DNA of 61,206 nucleotides, counting the filler. It is 5 parts of 5 records of this genome, joined end to end, with 100 filler letters (N's around TTAATTAATTAA, not from the genome) between each part and the next. Parts side by side here need not be neighbours in the genome. Positions count along the whole stretch, not along the records: positions 16,332 to 24,186 come from DRR723986_5776; positions 24,287 to 31,567 come from DRR723986_5778; 3 more parts are not named here. One strand, written 5' to 3'. The position numbers and the translations under genes were made by a program. Numbering within the stretch: position 1 is the first letter of the stretch; each line of letters begins with the position of its first letter. Under the pieces are notes generated by a model. It was not told the DNA's origin, made no database searches, and worked only from the letters and a program-made list of their open reading frames with translations. Shown here piece after piece: positions 19,959 through 28,737 of this stretch.

Positions 19959-20183
19959 ATGGCTTTCATTCCACATTCCGGCCCCTCGAGGGGTCTCTAC
20001 CCGCTATTTCGTGCGACGCTGAGAGCGCTGGACAGTTCCACCGTGATGCTCTGGGCGATTGCGCTGCTGGCCCTTGCGTGGATCGCGGGAACAATCGTCT
20101 TCGGCTATGCCGGGCTGATCATCGGCGCTTTGACATCAGTCGTCTTCGGCTTTTACCTGCTGATCCGCATCACGCTTGGCTGA
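19959..20183 (+). CDS. Small hypothetical membrane protein, 74 aa
   Basis: AGGAGA RBS; two hydrophobic segments in the C-terminal half. Confidence 0.65.
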   Translation: MAFIPHSGPSRGLYPLFRATLRALDSSTVMLWAIALLALAWIAGTIVFGYAGLIIGALTSVVFGFYLLIRITLG

Positions 20184-20261
20184 CGCGCCTTTCTGCCGCT
20201 TGGACGTTTGCCCCGATCGGGCGTATCTGACGGGCAACAGCCTCGCGAAGGAGACCGATCC

Positions 20262-21473
20262 ATGCCCGAGATGATCGAAACCGATGTGCTGGTTTCTGGT
20301 GGCGGCGTCGCGGGTCTGACCGCGGCGGCGGCATTCGGGGCGGCAGGGTTTTCCGTGATCTGCGTCGATCCCACCCCGCCGATCACTGAAATGCAGGCCG
20401 AGGGATCGGATCTGCGCACCACCGCCTTTCTGCAACCGTCGCGCGAATTCCTGATCCGCATCGGGCTTTGGGACCGGTTGGAGCCATTTGCCAGCGCGCT
20501 TCAGGTCATGCGGATCGTCGATGCAGGCGGCGAAGCGCCGGAGCCGCGCAGCAGCCATGACTTCAACGCCTCAGATATCTCGGACCTGCCGTTTGGCTGG
20601 AATCTTCCGAACTGGCTTCTGCGCCGGGAGATGGTGGCTCGACTGGCCGAGATGCCCGACGTGGACTTCCGTACCGGCACCGGCACCGCGCGCGTCCTGA
20701 CCCGGGAACGCGAGGCGTTGGTGACGCTTTCGGACGGCACCGGAGTGCGGGCTCGGCTGGTCATTGCCGCTGATGGACGAAATTCCCCGGTGCGCGAGGC
20801 CGTGGGCATCCCTGTCAAGACCACGCGCTACGGGCAAAAGGCACTGGCTTTCGCGGTCACGCACGAGGTTCCGCATGGCAATGTGTCGACCGAGATCCAC
20901 CGTTCAGGCGGGCCATTCACACTGGTGCCCCTGCCCGATCATGACGGTCGTCCCTGCTCGGCCGTGGTCTGGATGGAACGCGGCCCCGAGGTGGCGCGGC
21001 TCGCAGCCCTGCCATCTGCGGCCTTCGAGGATGAAATGACCGCCCGCTCCGCCGGCCTGTGGGGGCCGCTGACGCTGATCACTCGGCGCACGGTCTGGCC
21101 GATCATCAGCCAGGTGGCCGAGCGAATGGAATCCGAGCGCGTCGCCCTGGTGGCCGAGGCGGCCCATGTCGTGCCCCCCATCGGCGCGCAGGGGCTGAAC
21201 ATGAGCCTGGGCGATATGCGGGTGCTGCTGGACCTAGCTGAAGCAGACCCCGCCGGCATCGGGTCGCGCAGGATGCTCGCGGCGTATCACAAGGCCCGCC
21301 ATGGCGAAGTGCGCGCGCGCGTTGCCGGGATTGATGCCCTGAACCGGGCTTCTATGGTTTCGATCCAGGGGTTGCGCGACATGCGGATGCGGGCGCTCAG
21401 GGCATTTTATTCCGTGAAACCGGTGCGCACCACCCTGATGCGCGCAGGCCTGGGAACCGGGCGCAGCGGATAG
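20262..21473 (+). CDS. UbiH/UbiF-family FAD-dependent ubiquinone hydroxylase
   Basis: GGGVAG, DLRTTAF, AADGRNS and AEAAHVVPPIGAQGLNMS; RBS AAGGAG. Confidence 0.9.
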   Translation: MPEMIETDVLVSGGGVAGLTAAAAFGAAGFSVICVDPTPPITEMQAEGSDLRTTAFLQPSREFLIRIGLWDRLEPFASALQVMRIVDAGGEAPEPRSSHDFNASDISDLPFGWNLPNWLLRREMVARLAEMPDVDFRTGTGTARVLTREREALVTLSDGTGVRARLVIAADGRNSPVREAVGIPVKTTRYGQKALAFAVTHEVPHGNVSTEIHRSGGPFTLVPLPDHDGRPCSAVVWMERGPEVARLAALPSAAFEDEMTARSAGLWGPLTLITRRTVWPIISQVAERMESERVALVAEAAHVVPPIGAQGLNMSLGDMRVLLDLAEADPAGIGSRRMLAAYHKARHGEVRARVAGIDALNRASMVSIQGLRDMRMRALRAFYSVKPVRTTLMRAGLGTGRSG

Positions 21474-21504
21474 ACCGATTTCGCCGCGCTTCGCGCGTCG
21501 ACCC

Positions 21505-21614
21505 GCGCGACCCGTGACGGGTCGCGCTCCAAGTCTCTTGAAAGAGACTTTGGGGGCTCTGCCCCCGTCGGCTATCGCCGACTCCCCCGAGGTATTTGGT
21601 CCAAGCTGAAAGGC
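21505..21614. repeat. Structured intergenic element: four tandem hairpins plus REP-like copy B
   Basis: GCGCGACCCGT-G-ACGGGTCGCGC; AAGTCTCT-TGAA-AGAGACTT; GGGGGC-TCT-GCCCCC; GTCGGC-TATC-GCCGAC; then CTCCCCCGAGGTATTTGGTCCAAGCTGAAAGGC. Confidence 0.7.
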
Positions 21615-21619
21615 GCCGG

Positions 21620-22750
21620 TCAACCCATGGCCTTGGTCAGCGCATCCTCCAGCCTGGCCACGGTCGCGTCCACGTCATAAAGCTTGTCGAGACCAAAGAG
21701 TCCAAGCCGGAAGGTGGAAAACCCCTGTGGTTCATCCACCTGCAACGGCACCCCCGCCGCGATCTGTACGCCTTCGGCGCTGAACTTGGACCCGTTCTGG
21801 ACGCCCGGATCATCGGTATAGCTGACAACCACGCCCGGCGCACCAAAACCGTCGGCTGCAACGGACCGAATGCCCTTCGACGCCAGCAGGGCGCGGACCT
21901 TGGTCCCCAGGTCCCACTGCGCATCGCGCAGCCTGTCGGTGCCATAGTCCAGCGTCTCGATCATGGTGTCCCGAAACGCCTTCAGCCCATCCGTCGGCAT
22001 CGTCGCGTGATAGGCGTGTCCGCCCCCCTCATAGGCCGCCATGATCGACCGCCATTTCTTCAGATCTGCGGCGAAACTGCTGCTCTCCGTCTCGTCCAGC
22101 CGCGCCACGGCCCGCTCCGAGAGCATCACCAGCCCGGCACACGGGGTCGAGGACCAGCCCTTTTGCGGGGCGGAAATCAGCACATCCACACCGGTTGCCT
22201 TCATATCGACCCAGGCACAACCGGACGCGATACAATCCAGCACCATCAGCGCCCCCACCTCATGCGCCGCAGCAGCCAGCGCGGTCACGTAGTCGTCAGG
22301 CAGAATGATGCCAGAGGACGTTTCCACATGCGGAGCAAACACAACAGCAGGTTTCTCTGCCTGAATGCGCGCCACGACTTCGTCGATCGGAGCAGGCGCA
22401 AACGGCGCGGTCGCTTCATTGCCGGTCTGCCGGGCCTTCATGACAACGGTTTCAGAGGCGATCTGCCCCGTGTCCATGATCTGCGACCAACGGAACGAGA
22501 ACCAGCCATTTCGCACAACCAGAACCTTGCGCCCGGTCGCGAACTGGCGGGCCACGGCTTCCATCCCGAAAGTGCCGCCGCCTGGCACCAGGGCCGTCGC
22601 ATCGGCATGATAGACCTGCTTCAACCCCGCATCGATGTCACGCATCACTGCGCAAAACTGCTTCGACATGTGGTTGAGCGACCGATCGGTGAACACCACC
22701 GAAAACTCCAGCAACCCATCGGGGTCAACACTGTTCAGCAATGCGGTCAT
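21620..22750 (-). CDS. Class V PLP aminotransferase (serine-pyruvate / alanine-glyoxylate type)
   Basis: EFSVVFTDRSLNHMS, HVETSSG, DCIASG, SAPQKG (PLP Lys) and FRLGLFG. Confidence 0.9.
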   Translation of the reverse strand: MTALLNSVDPDGLLEFSVVFTDRSLNHMSKQFCAVMRDIDAGLKQVYHADATALVPGGGTFGMEAVARQFATGRKVLVVRNGWFSFRWSQIMDTGQIASETVVMKARQTGNEATAPFAPAPIDEVVARIQAEKPAVVFAPHVETSSGIILPDDYVTALAAAAHEVGALMVLDCIASGCAWVDMKATGVDVLISAPQKGWSSTPCAGLVMLSERAVARLDETESSSFAADLKKWRSIMAAYEGGGHAYHATMPTDGLKAFRDTMIETLDYGTDRLRDAQWDLGTKVRALLASKGIRSVAADGFGAPGVVVSYTDDPGVQNGSKFSAEGVQIAAGVPLQVDEPQGFSTFRLGLFGLDKLYDVDATVARLEDALTKAMG

Positions 22751-22776
22751 GGCAGCCTCCCTTTCGCAGCACATCA

Positions 22777-22884
22777 TTCTTCTTGGCCCAAATACTCACG
22801 ATCCGACGGAAAACGCCAGCGCAGGTTTCGCTGTTATGCGCCCTGCGGGATGGCGGGTGGGGCGATGGCACGTCCCGCAGGGCG
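22777..22884. repeat. REP-like copy C plus GC hairpin
   Basis: TTCTTCTTGGCCCAAATACTC (22777-22797) matches the repeat core; hairpin CGCCCTGCGGGA..TCCCGCAGGGCG at 22839-22884. Confidence 0.5.
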
Positions 22885-22893
22885 GGCCGAGCG

Positions 22894-23358
22894 TCACCCA
22901 GCCATCAAGGGCCCCGCCCGTCGCTCTTCGCTCAGCAGAACATTGGCCTCCACATGCCCCACCCCCGGCAGCGTCATGATCCGGCGGCGCAACACTCTTT
23001 CGAAATCCGCGATGTCGCGCGCCACCACGCGCAGCCGGTAATCGTACAGGCCCAGAACATGGCTGACCTGCTGTACTTCCGGGATGGCGCTGACCGCGCG
23101 TTCAAAATCTTCGAGGCTGACACGCCCCTTGGTCACCAGTTTCACACCCAGGAACACCGTCACTCCAAAGCCGAGCTTTGCGGGATCGAGTTCCAGCTCT
23201 CGCCCCGCGATCACACCCGCTTCTTCAAGGCGCTTCACCCGTCGCCATGTCGCTGGTTGGCTCAGCCCCAGGCGACGCGCCAGGGTGGCAGAGCTTAGTC
23301 CAGCCTCCTCCTGCAAGGCCCGCAGGATCGCATAATCCATTTCGTCCCAAACGCTCAT
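22894..23358 (-). CDS. Lrp/AsnC family transcriptional regulator
   Basis: D-x2-D-x2-IL-x2-LQ, HTH, RVKRLEE.GVI and a RAM domain with G.YDY.LRV. Confidence 0.92.
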   Translation of the reverse strand: MSVWDEMDYAILRALQEEAGLSSATLARRLGLSQPATWRRVKRLEEAGVIAGRELELDPAKLGFGVTVFLGVKLVTKGRVSLEDFERAVSAIPEVQQVSHVLGLYDYRLRVVARDIADFERVLRRRIMTLPGVGHVEANVLLSEERRAGPLMAG

Positions 23359-23810
23359 ATCGGCAACGTCCTTACATCCTTCAGGGTCGCGACCTGCATC
23401 AGCGCTTCGATATCGGTGATATGGGGCAATGCCAGAATGCGGTCACGATAAACCTGTTGGTAGTGGGCCATGTCGCGGGCCAGCACCGACAGGCGCAGAT
23501 CGACCCGGCCCAGGAAGGTCTGGATCTCCAGCACTTCCGGAATCTCGCGCGCGGCGGCCATGATCTCGTCGAAGGCGCGGCTTTGGGTCTTGTCGAGCGT
23601 GATGCGCAGGGACACTTCCACCGCAAAGCCAAGCGCCCGCCAGTCGATCACTGTCCGCGTCGCCCGCAGAACACCGTCTTCTCGCAGCCGGTCGAGCCGC
23701 TTGTAGCAGGTTGCCGGCGCGATCCGCGCAGCCTCGGCCAGATCCGCCACAGGCATTTGCGGGTCTGTCTGCAACAGGCGCAGGATGCGCCGATCGGTGT
23801 CGTCTAGCAT
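23355..23810 (-). CDS. Lrp/AsnC family transcriptional regulator
   Basis: MLDDTDRRILRLLQ, RL..L...GV and IPEV; ATGA overlap with the next Lrp gene. Confidence 0.92.
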   Translation of the reverse strand: MLDDTDRRILRLLQTDPQMPVADLAEAARIAPATCYKRLDRLREDGVLRATRTVIDWRALGFAVEVSLRITLDKTQSRAFDEIMAAAREIPEVLEIQTFLGRVDLRLSVLARDMAHYQQVYRDRILALPHITDIEALMQVATLKDVRTLPI

Positions 23811-23907
23811 TATTTTTCCATATTTTTTACGTTTTACGAATGATCTTCTATCATCTGGGCGTAATTTTTCCAAGATGCGCCTCGCCCCCACTAAAACGGC
23901 AGGGTAG

Positions 23908-24186
<279 letters not shown>

Positions 24187-24286
24187 NNNNNNNNNNNNNN
24201 NNNNNNNNNNNNNNNNNNNNNNNNNNNNNNTTAATTAATTAANNNNNNNNNNNNNNNNNNNNNNNNNNNNNNNNNNNNNNNNNNNN
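24187..24286. other. Artificial contig-joining spacer
   Basis: N44-TTAATTAATTAA-N44. Confidence 0.99.
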
Positions 24287-24287
24287 C

Positions 24288-24779
24288 TGGCCGGATGTGA
24301 CGGATTCTGCCCTGCTGGCCGGTGTGGAAAGCTGGTTGGCGCCGTTTATGGCCGGCATGCAGCGGTGGTCGGATCTGGCCCGGCTTGATCTGACATCCGC
24401 CCTGAACAGCCTGCTCGATTATCCACAGCAACAAGAACTGGATGAACTGGCTCCGAAAGCTCTGGCCATCCCCACCGGCCAGAAGGTGACGCTGGATTAC
24501 ACGGCCGACAACGGCCCGGTGCTGGCCGCCAAGCTGCAGGCCCTGTTTGGCTGGACTGAAACACCGACGGTGGCGGGCGGCCGGGTGCCCGTGGTAACCC
24601 ACCTCCTGTCCCCGGCCCAGCGCCCGCTGGCCGTCACGGCAGATCTCGCCAGCTTCTGGCAGAACTCCTATCCACAGGTACGAAAAGAACTCCGGGGCCG
24701 CTACCCGAAACACCCCTGGCCGGAAGATCCGCTTACGGCCCAGGCTCAGCAGGGAACGAAAAAACGCCCTGCTCGCTGA
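24288..24779 (+). CDS. hrpB: ATP-dependent helicase HrpB, C-terminal part (5' partial)
   Basis: LQALFG, HLLSPAQRPLAVT.DL.SFW...Y..VRKELRGRYPKHPWPEDP. Confidence 0.95.
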   Translation, partial: WPDVTDSALLAGVESWLAPFMAGMQRWSDLARLDLTSALNSLLDYPQQQELDELAPKALAIPTGQKVTLDYTADNGPVLAAKLQALFGWTETPTVAGGRVPVVTHLLSPAQRPLAVTADLASFWQNSYPQVRKELRGRYPKHPWPEDPLTAQAQQGTKKRPAR

Positions 24780-25611
24780 TTCGTCCACTGATCAGCTGCA
24801 CCGGAACAGGCTCAAAATAGAGGTTGCGAACGGTAATGTGCTGGCCGGCCGGTGCACCGAGTTGGTTCGCCGCCATTTCTTCCAGTGTGACTTCATCGTG
24901 TGGCGCCGTGCTGTCCTTGAAGCTGTCTGCCAGCACCCAGAGCGGTTTTGCCTCGGCCCTGGCCAGCAAGGCCAGCGGATAACTGCCCGCCTTGTTGAGA
25001 AAGTGGCCATCGGCCAGCCAGGTGTCACAGCCGCACAGCACCAGGTCCGCCTTCGGAACGAACAGCCCCATCTGGGCATCGGTGATCACCGTCACCCGAA
25101 CGCCCAGTTCATCCAGTTCCCGGGCCAGGGTAAAGCCCTCGTTGCCTGGGCTGCTCTGGGTGCAGATTACCGAGAAGTTGCGGCCCTGCTGTACCAGTAA
25201 ACGGAACAGCGCCAGCACCTGGGAGCTACGACTGTGCGTGAAAATTCTGGCCTGCTCGGAAACACGTGTCGTCGCGAATTCCGCCACACGCCGGTTGGCG
25301 GAGGCGATCTGTTCCAGAACCGAGTCCACCACGGGCAGCGCCTGTTCAGCCGTCGAAGCACCGTTCTGGCTGCCCACCAGGCCCTGGCGCACCCGTTCAA
25401 TGGCGTTGGCCAGCGGCACCATGCTGGGACGGGCTTTGGCAAGGTCGGTCAGTAGTTGTTCGAGTGCGTCCGTAGAGACTCCACCCGCGGCCAGCCATTG
25501 GCGCACCAGCGTCAGCGCTCTGGTTGCCAGCTGGGCGGCACCGGATTGGGTGTCAGCGCGTACGGTTTCGATAATATTGCAGGCCCGGGAATCGGGTTCA
25601 GGGGTGCCCAT
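24733..25611 (-). CDS. eIF-2B alpha/beta/delta-like (IF-2B family) protein
   Basis: SGA..LA, ARPSM, THSRSSQV, S.PG.EG, ITDAQMG, GCD, NKAGSYPLALLA and RNLYFE. Confidence 0.82.
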   Translation of the reverse strand: MGTPEPDSRACNIIETVRADTQSGAAQLATRALTLVRQWLAAGGVSTDALEQLLTDLAKARPSMVPLANAIERVRQGLVGSQNGASTAEQALPVVDSVLEQIASANRRVAEFATTRVSEQARIFTHSRSSQVLALFRLLVQQGRNFSVICTQSSPGNEGFTLARELDELGVRVTVITDAQMGLFVPKADLVLCGCDTWLADGHFLNKAGSYPLALLARAEAKPLWVLADSFKDSTAPHDEVTLEEMAANQLGAPAGQHITVRNLYFEPVPVQLISGRISEQGVFSFPAEPGP

Positions 25612-25665
25612 GGCAGGCTCCGGTAAGTCAGCGAGTGATTACCGGAGCTTAGCAGCCCGTGGCCG

Positions 25666-26031
25666 TTACCGGATGATGGACCGGCTCTTTTCCAGATACA
25701 CCGCGCCTTGCTCTTTCACGGTATCCGGGGCTGCGTGCTCGGAAGCCTTGTGTACTTTCTCCAGCCGCTCGGCAATGTCTTCCAGCTCATGGTCCAGTTT
25801 GCCCAGAGCGTTTTCCAGGGTGTAGGTAAGCTGGTGGACTTCGCTCATGGCCTCTGGTGTCAGATCACCGGCCAACACCTGCTCAAGCCGGTTGTTGTAC
25901 TCGGAGAAATTGGCCACCGCCTGTTCCAGGGTTTTCGAGGGTTCGCCTTTGTAGTGATCGTACTCATCATCGGCGAAGGCCGGAAGGGTGAACAGCAGGC
26001 TGGCAGCGGCCAGCATCAGGTGTTTTGTCAT
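25666..26031 (-). CDS. Periplasmic helical protein, DUF6746-like
   Basis: Signal peptide (PAFA); HYKG, NFSEYN, VHQLTYTLENAL and LEKVHKASE. Family recognised from memory, not searched. Confidence 0.72.
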   Translation of the reverse strand: MTKHLMLAAASLLFTLPAFADDEYDHYKGEPSKTLEQAVANFSEYNNRLEQVLAGDLTPEAMSEVHQLTYTLENALGKLDHELEDIAERLEKVHKASEHAAPDTVKEQGAVYLEKSRSIIR

Positions 26032-26059
26032 GGTCAGTTCCTCATTAGTGACAACTAAT

Positions 26060-26078
26060 GCGAATTATTGTCAGTATC
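26060..26078 (-). promoter_or_regulatory. Fur box upstream of the DUF6746-like gene
   Basis: Minus strand GATACTGACAATAATTCGC matches GATAATGATAATCATTATC at 14/19, 29-47 nt upstream of the ATG. Confidence 0.65.
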
Positions 26079-26184
26079 ATTAACTGTAACCATGAGATCG
26101 GTCAATTTACGCATAAAATAACCCTTGCCAGGGTTCCAAAGCTGGATAAAATGCAGCCAATTTTCACTCTGTGCGGCTGTCACC

Positions 26185-27003
26185 ATGCACCTTGTCTCAT
26201 TCAACGTGTTCCGTACCCTTGGCTTCCCCGACACCACTGTACTGAAGCCCGAGCATTTCCTGCGCCACAAGCCGCTACTGCAGGAGGCGGACTGGGTGCT
26301 GTTCCCGGAATACTGGCAGATCAACGCCCTGGTGCATGGCTTGAAGTGCCGGGTGTTCCCCAGTATCGCCAGTTATCGCATTGGTCACGATAAAGTGGAA
26401 ATGACCCGCGCCTTTCAGGCCGTGGCGCCGGAACACACACCCTGGACCTTGATTGAAGCCAATGGTCCACAGGAACGTGACATGCTGTGGGACACCATGG
26501 CCCTGCCTTTCGTGGCCAAACTACCCAAGGCCAGCATGGGCGAAGGTGTGTGGTTGATCGAGTCCCGGGCCGACTGGCTTAAGTATTGTGATCGCACAGA
26601 TGTTCTCTACGTGCAGGAATACCTTCCGATTGACCGGGATGTGCGGGTGGTTGTGGTGGGTGATCGAGTGGTGACCGCCTACTGGCGTACCCAGGCGGAG
26701 CAGGGGTTCTACAACAACGTCGCCAAGGGTGGCCAGATTGTGACTGGCGATGTGCCAGCGGCGGCTACCGATCTGGCCCTGCGCCTGGCCCGGGAGCTGG
26801 AAGTAGACCATGCCGGCTTTGATATCGCCCTGGTGGAAGGCTATCCCTATGTGCTGGAATTCAACCGCCTGTTCGGCAATCAGGGCCTGGGTCAGGGCAG
26901 TGATCTGAAAGACGCCATCCTGGATTATCTGCAGCGCCAGAGTCGGCCCCAGGACCCGGATGGTCCCACCGAACCAACGCCGCTGTGGCCAATTGCGGTC
27001 TGA
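26185..27003 (+). CDS. RimK-like ATP-grasp ligase
   Basis: HDK, PFVAK...SMGEGV, YVQEYLPIDRDVRV, NVAKGG, GFDI and LEFN. Start placed at ATG 26185. Confidence 0.82.
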   Translation: MHLVSFNVFRTLGFPDTTVLKPEHFLRHKPLLQEADWVLFPEYWQINALVHGLKCRVFPSIASYRIGHDKVEMTRAFQAVAPEHTPWTLIEANGPQERDMLWDTMALPFVAKLPKASMGEGVWLIESRADWLKYCDRTDVLYVQEYLPIDRDVRVVVVGDRVVTAYWRTQAEQGFYNNVAKGGQIVTGDVPAAATDLALRLARELEVDHAGFDIALVEGYPYVLEFNRLFGNQGLGQGSDLKDAILDYLQRQSRPQDPDGPTEPTPLWPIAV

Positions 27004-27019
27004 GGCAGAGACAAACCGG

Positions 27020-27232
27020 TCAGGCCCGAACGTCGATCATGCTGCCCACATTATCTGAGGGGTTGGCGCCGGCTGTCGCGACAGATGTTTCTGTCAGGCC
27101 TTCAAGCAACTGAAGTGCACCTTGTTGGGCTATGTCCATGGACTTTTTCAGAACGGCCAGTTCCGCCTGTTCCTGAACCCGTTGTTGCTTGAACTGGGTA
27201 TAACTGGATGCAATTCCGGCAATGTCAGACAC
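27020..27232 (-). CDS. YjfB-like / putative motility protein
   Basis: VLKKSMD...ALQLL...G.MIDVRA pattern; GGAGG RBS before a GTG start. Confidence 0.75.
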   Translation of the reverse strand: MSDIAGIASSYTQFKQQRVQEQAELAVLKKSMDIAQQGALQLLEGLTETSVATAGANPSDNVGSMIDVRA

Positions 27233-27506
27233 GCCAACCCCCTCCAGGGTTGATTCATTTGCAAACAGGCTAGCATGATCCCCTGAAAGTGTCGGTAGCT
27301 GTTAACCGACAGTAACAAGTTTTCCTGTCGCTGAACCCTGAATCAGAGGCACGCGTGGCGCACCGTTGACCGGTGCGTTTATGGGTATAACTGCGCATTT
27401 GCGGTGATTGGAAAAAGGCCCGATGATCGCGCCATTCACGGGTAATACAGCCAGTCTGTGCTACCCTTTTTTATGCCCGTTTACCCTGTGGAGGGACACA
27501 CCACCC

Positions 27507-28682
27507 ATGATCCAGACGCCTAACGCCGATATCGCCGACTACTATAGTGCCGAGACTTTCAAGCGGATCAAGGACTTTGCCGACGGCAAGGAAACCCCGT
27601 TTGTGGTGATCGACACCCAGACCATTGACCGTCAGTACGAAGAGCTGGTGGAAGGGTTTCCTTACGCCAAGGTCTATTATGCGGTGAAGGCCAACCCGGC
27701 CCCGCAGATTCTGACCATGCTGCGGGACAAAGGCGCGAATTTTGATATCGCTTCGGTGTATGAACTGGACAAGGTGATGGCCCTGGGTGTGACCGGCGAC
27801 CGCATCAGTTACGGCAACACCATCAAGAAGGCGAAAGACATTCGCACCTTTTACGAAAAGGGTGTGCGCCTGTATGCCACGGATTCCGAGGCAGACCTGC
27901 GCAACATTGCCAAGGCTGCCCCGGGCTCAAAAGTGTATGTGCGTATTCTGACTGAAGGCACCCTGACCGCCGACTGGCCGTTGTCCCGCAAGTTTGGCTG
28001 CCAGACCGATATGGCCATGGATCTGCTGATCTTGGCTCGTGATCTGGGCCTGGTGCCCTATGGTGTGTCGTTCCACGTCGGTTCCCAGCAGCGCGAAATC
28101 GGTGCCTGGGACGCCGCCCTGAACAAGGTAAAGGTGATTTTCGAGCGCCTTAAGGAAGAAGACGGCATTGAGCTGAAGATGATCAACATGGGCGGTGGTT
28201 TCCCGGCCAACTACATTACACGGACCAATGAACTGGGGGTGTATGCGGAGGAGATTGCCCGTTTCCTGCACGAGGACTTTGGTGACGACCTGCCCGAGAT
28301 CATCATCGAGCCGGGGCGATCGCTGATTTCCAATGCCGGTGTGTTGGTCAGCGAGGTCGTGCTGATTTCACGAAAATCCCGTACCGCCCTGCACCGCTGG
28401 GTGTTTACCGATGTCGGCAAGTTTTCCGGGCTGATCGAGACCCTGGACGAGTCCATCAAGTTTCCGATCTGGACCGAGAAGAGCGGTGAAGGTGAGGATT
28501 GTGTGATCGCCGGGCCGACCTGTGACAGTGCCGATATCATGTACGAGCATCACAAGTACCCGCTGCCGCTGAATCTGGCGATCGGAGACCGGATGTACTG
28601 GCTGTCGACCGGGGCCTATACCACCACCTACAGTGCCATTGAATTCAACGGCTTTCCTCCGTTGAAGGATTACTATATCTGA
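27507..28682 (+). CDS. Ornithine/lysine decarboxylase (type III PLP, alanine-racemase fold)
   Basis: YYAVKAN (PLP Lys), KFG, SFHVGSQ, MGGGF, EPGR, GPTCDSAD and GAY. Confidence 0.92.
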   Translation: MIQTPNADIADYYSAETFKRIKDFADGKETPFVVIDTQTIDRQYEELVEGFPYAKVYYAVKANPAPQILTMLRDKGANFDIASVYELDKVMALGVTGDRISYGNTIKKAKDIRTFYEKGVRLYATDSEADLRNIAKAAPGSKVYVRILTEGTLTADWPLSRKFGCQTDMAMDLLILARDLGLVPYGVSFHVGSQQREIGAWDAALNKVKVIFERLKEEDGIELKMINMGGGFPANYITRTNELGVYAEEIARFLHEDFGDDLPEIIIEPGRSLISNAGVLVSEVVLISRKSRTALHRWVFTDVGKFSGLIETLDESIKFPIWTEKSGEGEDCVIAGPTCDSADIMYEHHKYPLPLNLAIGDRMYWLSTGAYTTTYSAIEFNGFPPLKDYYI

Positions 28683-28706
28683 CCGAAGGTCAGTGAGGTA
28701 TCTCAG

Positions 28707-28737
28707 AAAGGATCAGCTTGCGGGCTGATCCTTTTTT
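28707..28737. terminator. Bidirectional Rho-independent terminator
   Basis: AAAGGATCAGC-TTGCGG-GCTGATCCTTT-TTT between the convergent decarboxylase and MFS genes. Confidence 0.75.

Noticed and set aside
21596-23041. Long antisense ORFs (481 aa here; also 5128-6306, 16840-17988, 28806-29954, 32947-34161, 50418-51560, 53317-54603)
   Set aside because: They are shadows of well-supported genes in GC-rich DNA and carry no family motifs.
25666-27232. RiPP (graspetide) cluster around the ATP-grasp gene
   Set aside because: The flanking small proteins are divergent or convergent, belong to other families and lack leader or core motifs; no transporter or peptidase is present.
27290-27311. TGTCGGT-N8-ACCGACA inverted repeat as a sigma28 promoter or operator for the YjfB-like gene
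   Set aside because: The repeat is real, but the match to TAAA-N15-GCCGATAA is poor and no cognate regulator can be assigned.
27366-27391. Sigma70 promoter TTGACC...TATAAC for the decarboxylase
   Set aside because: The spacer is only 14 nt.
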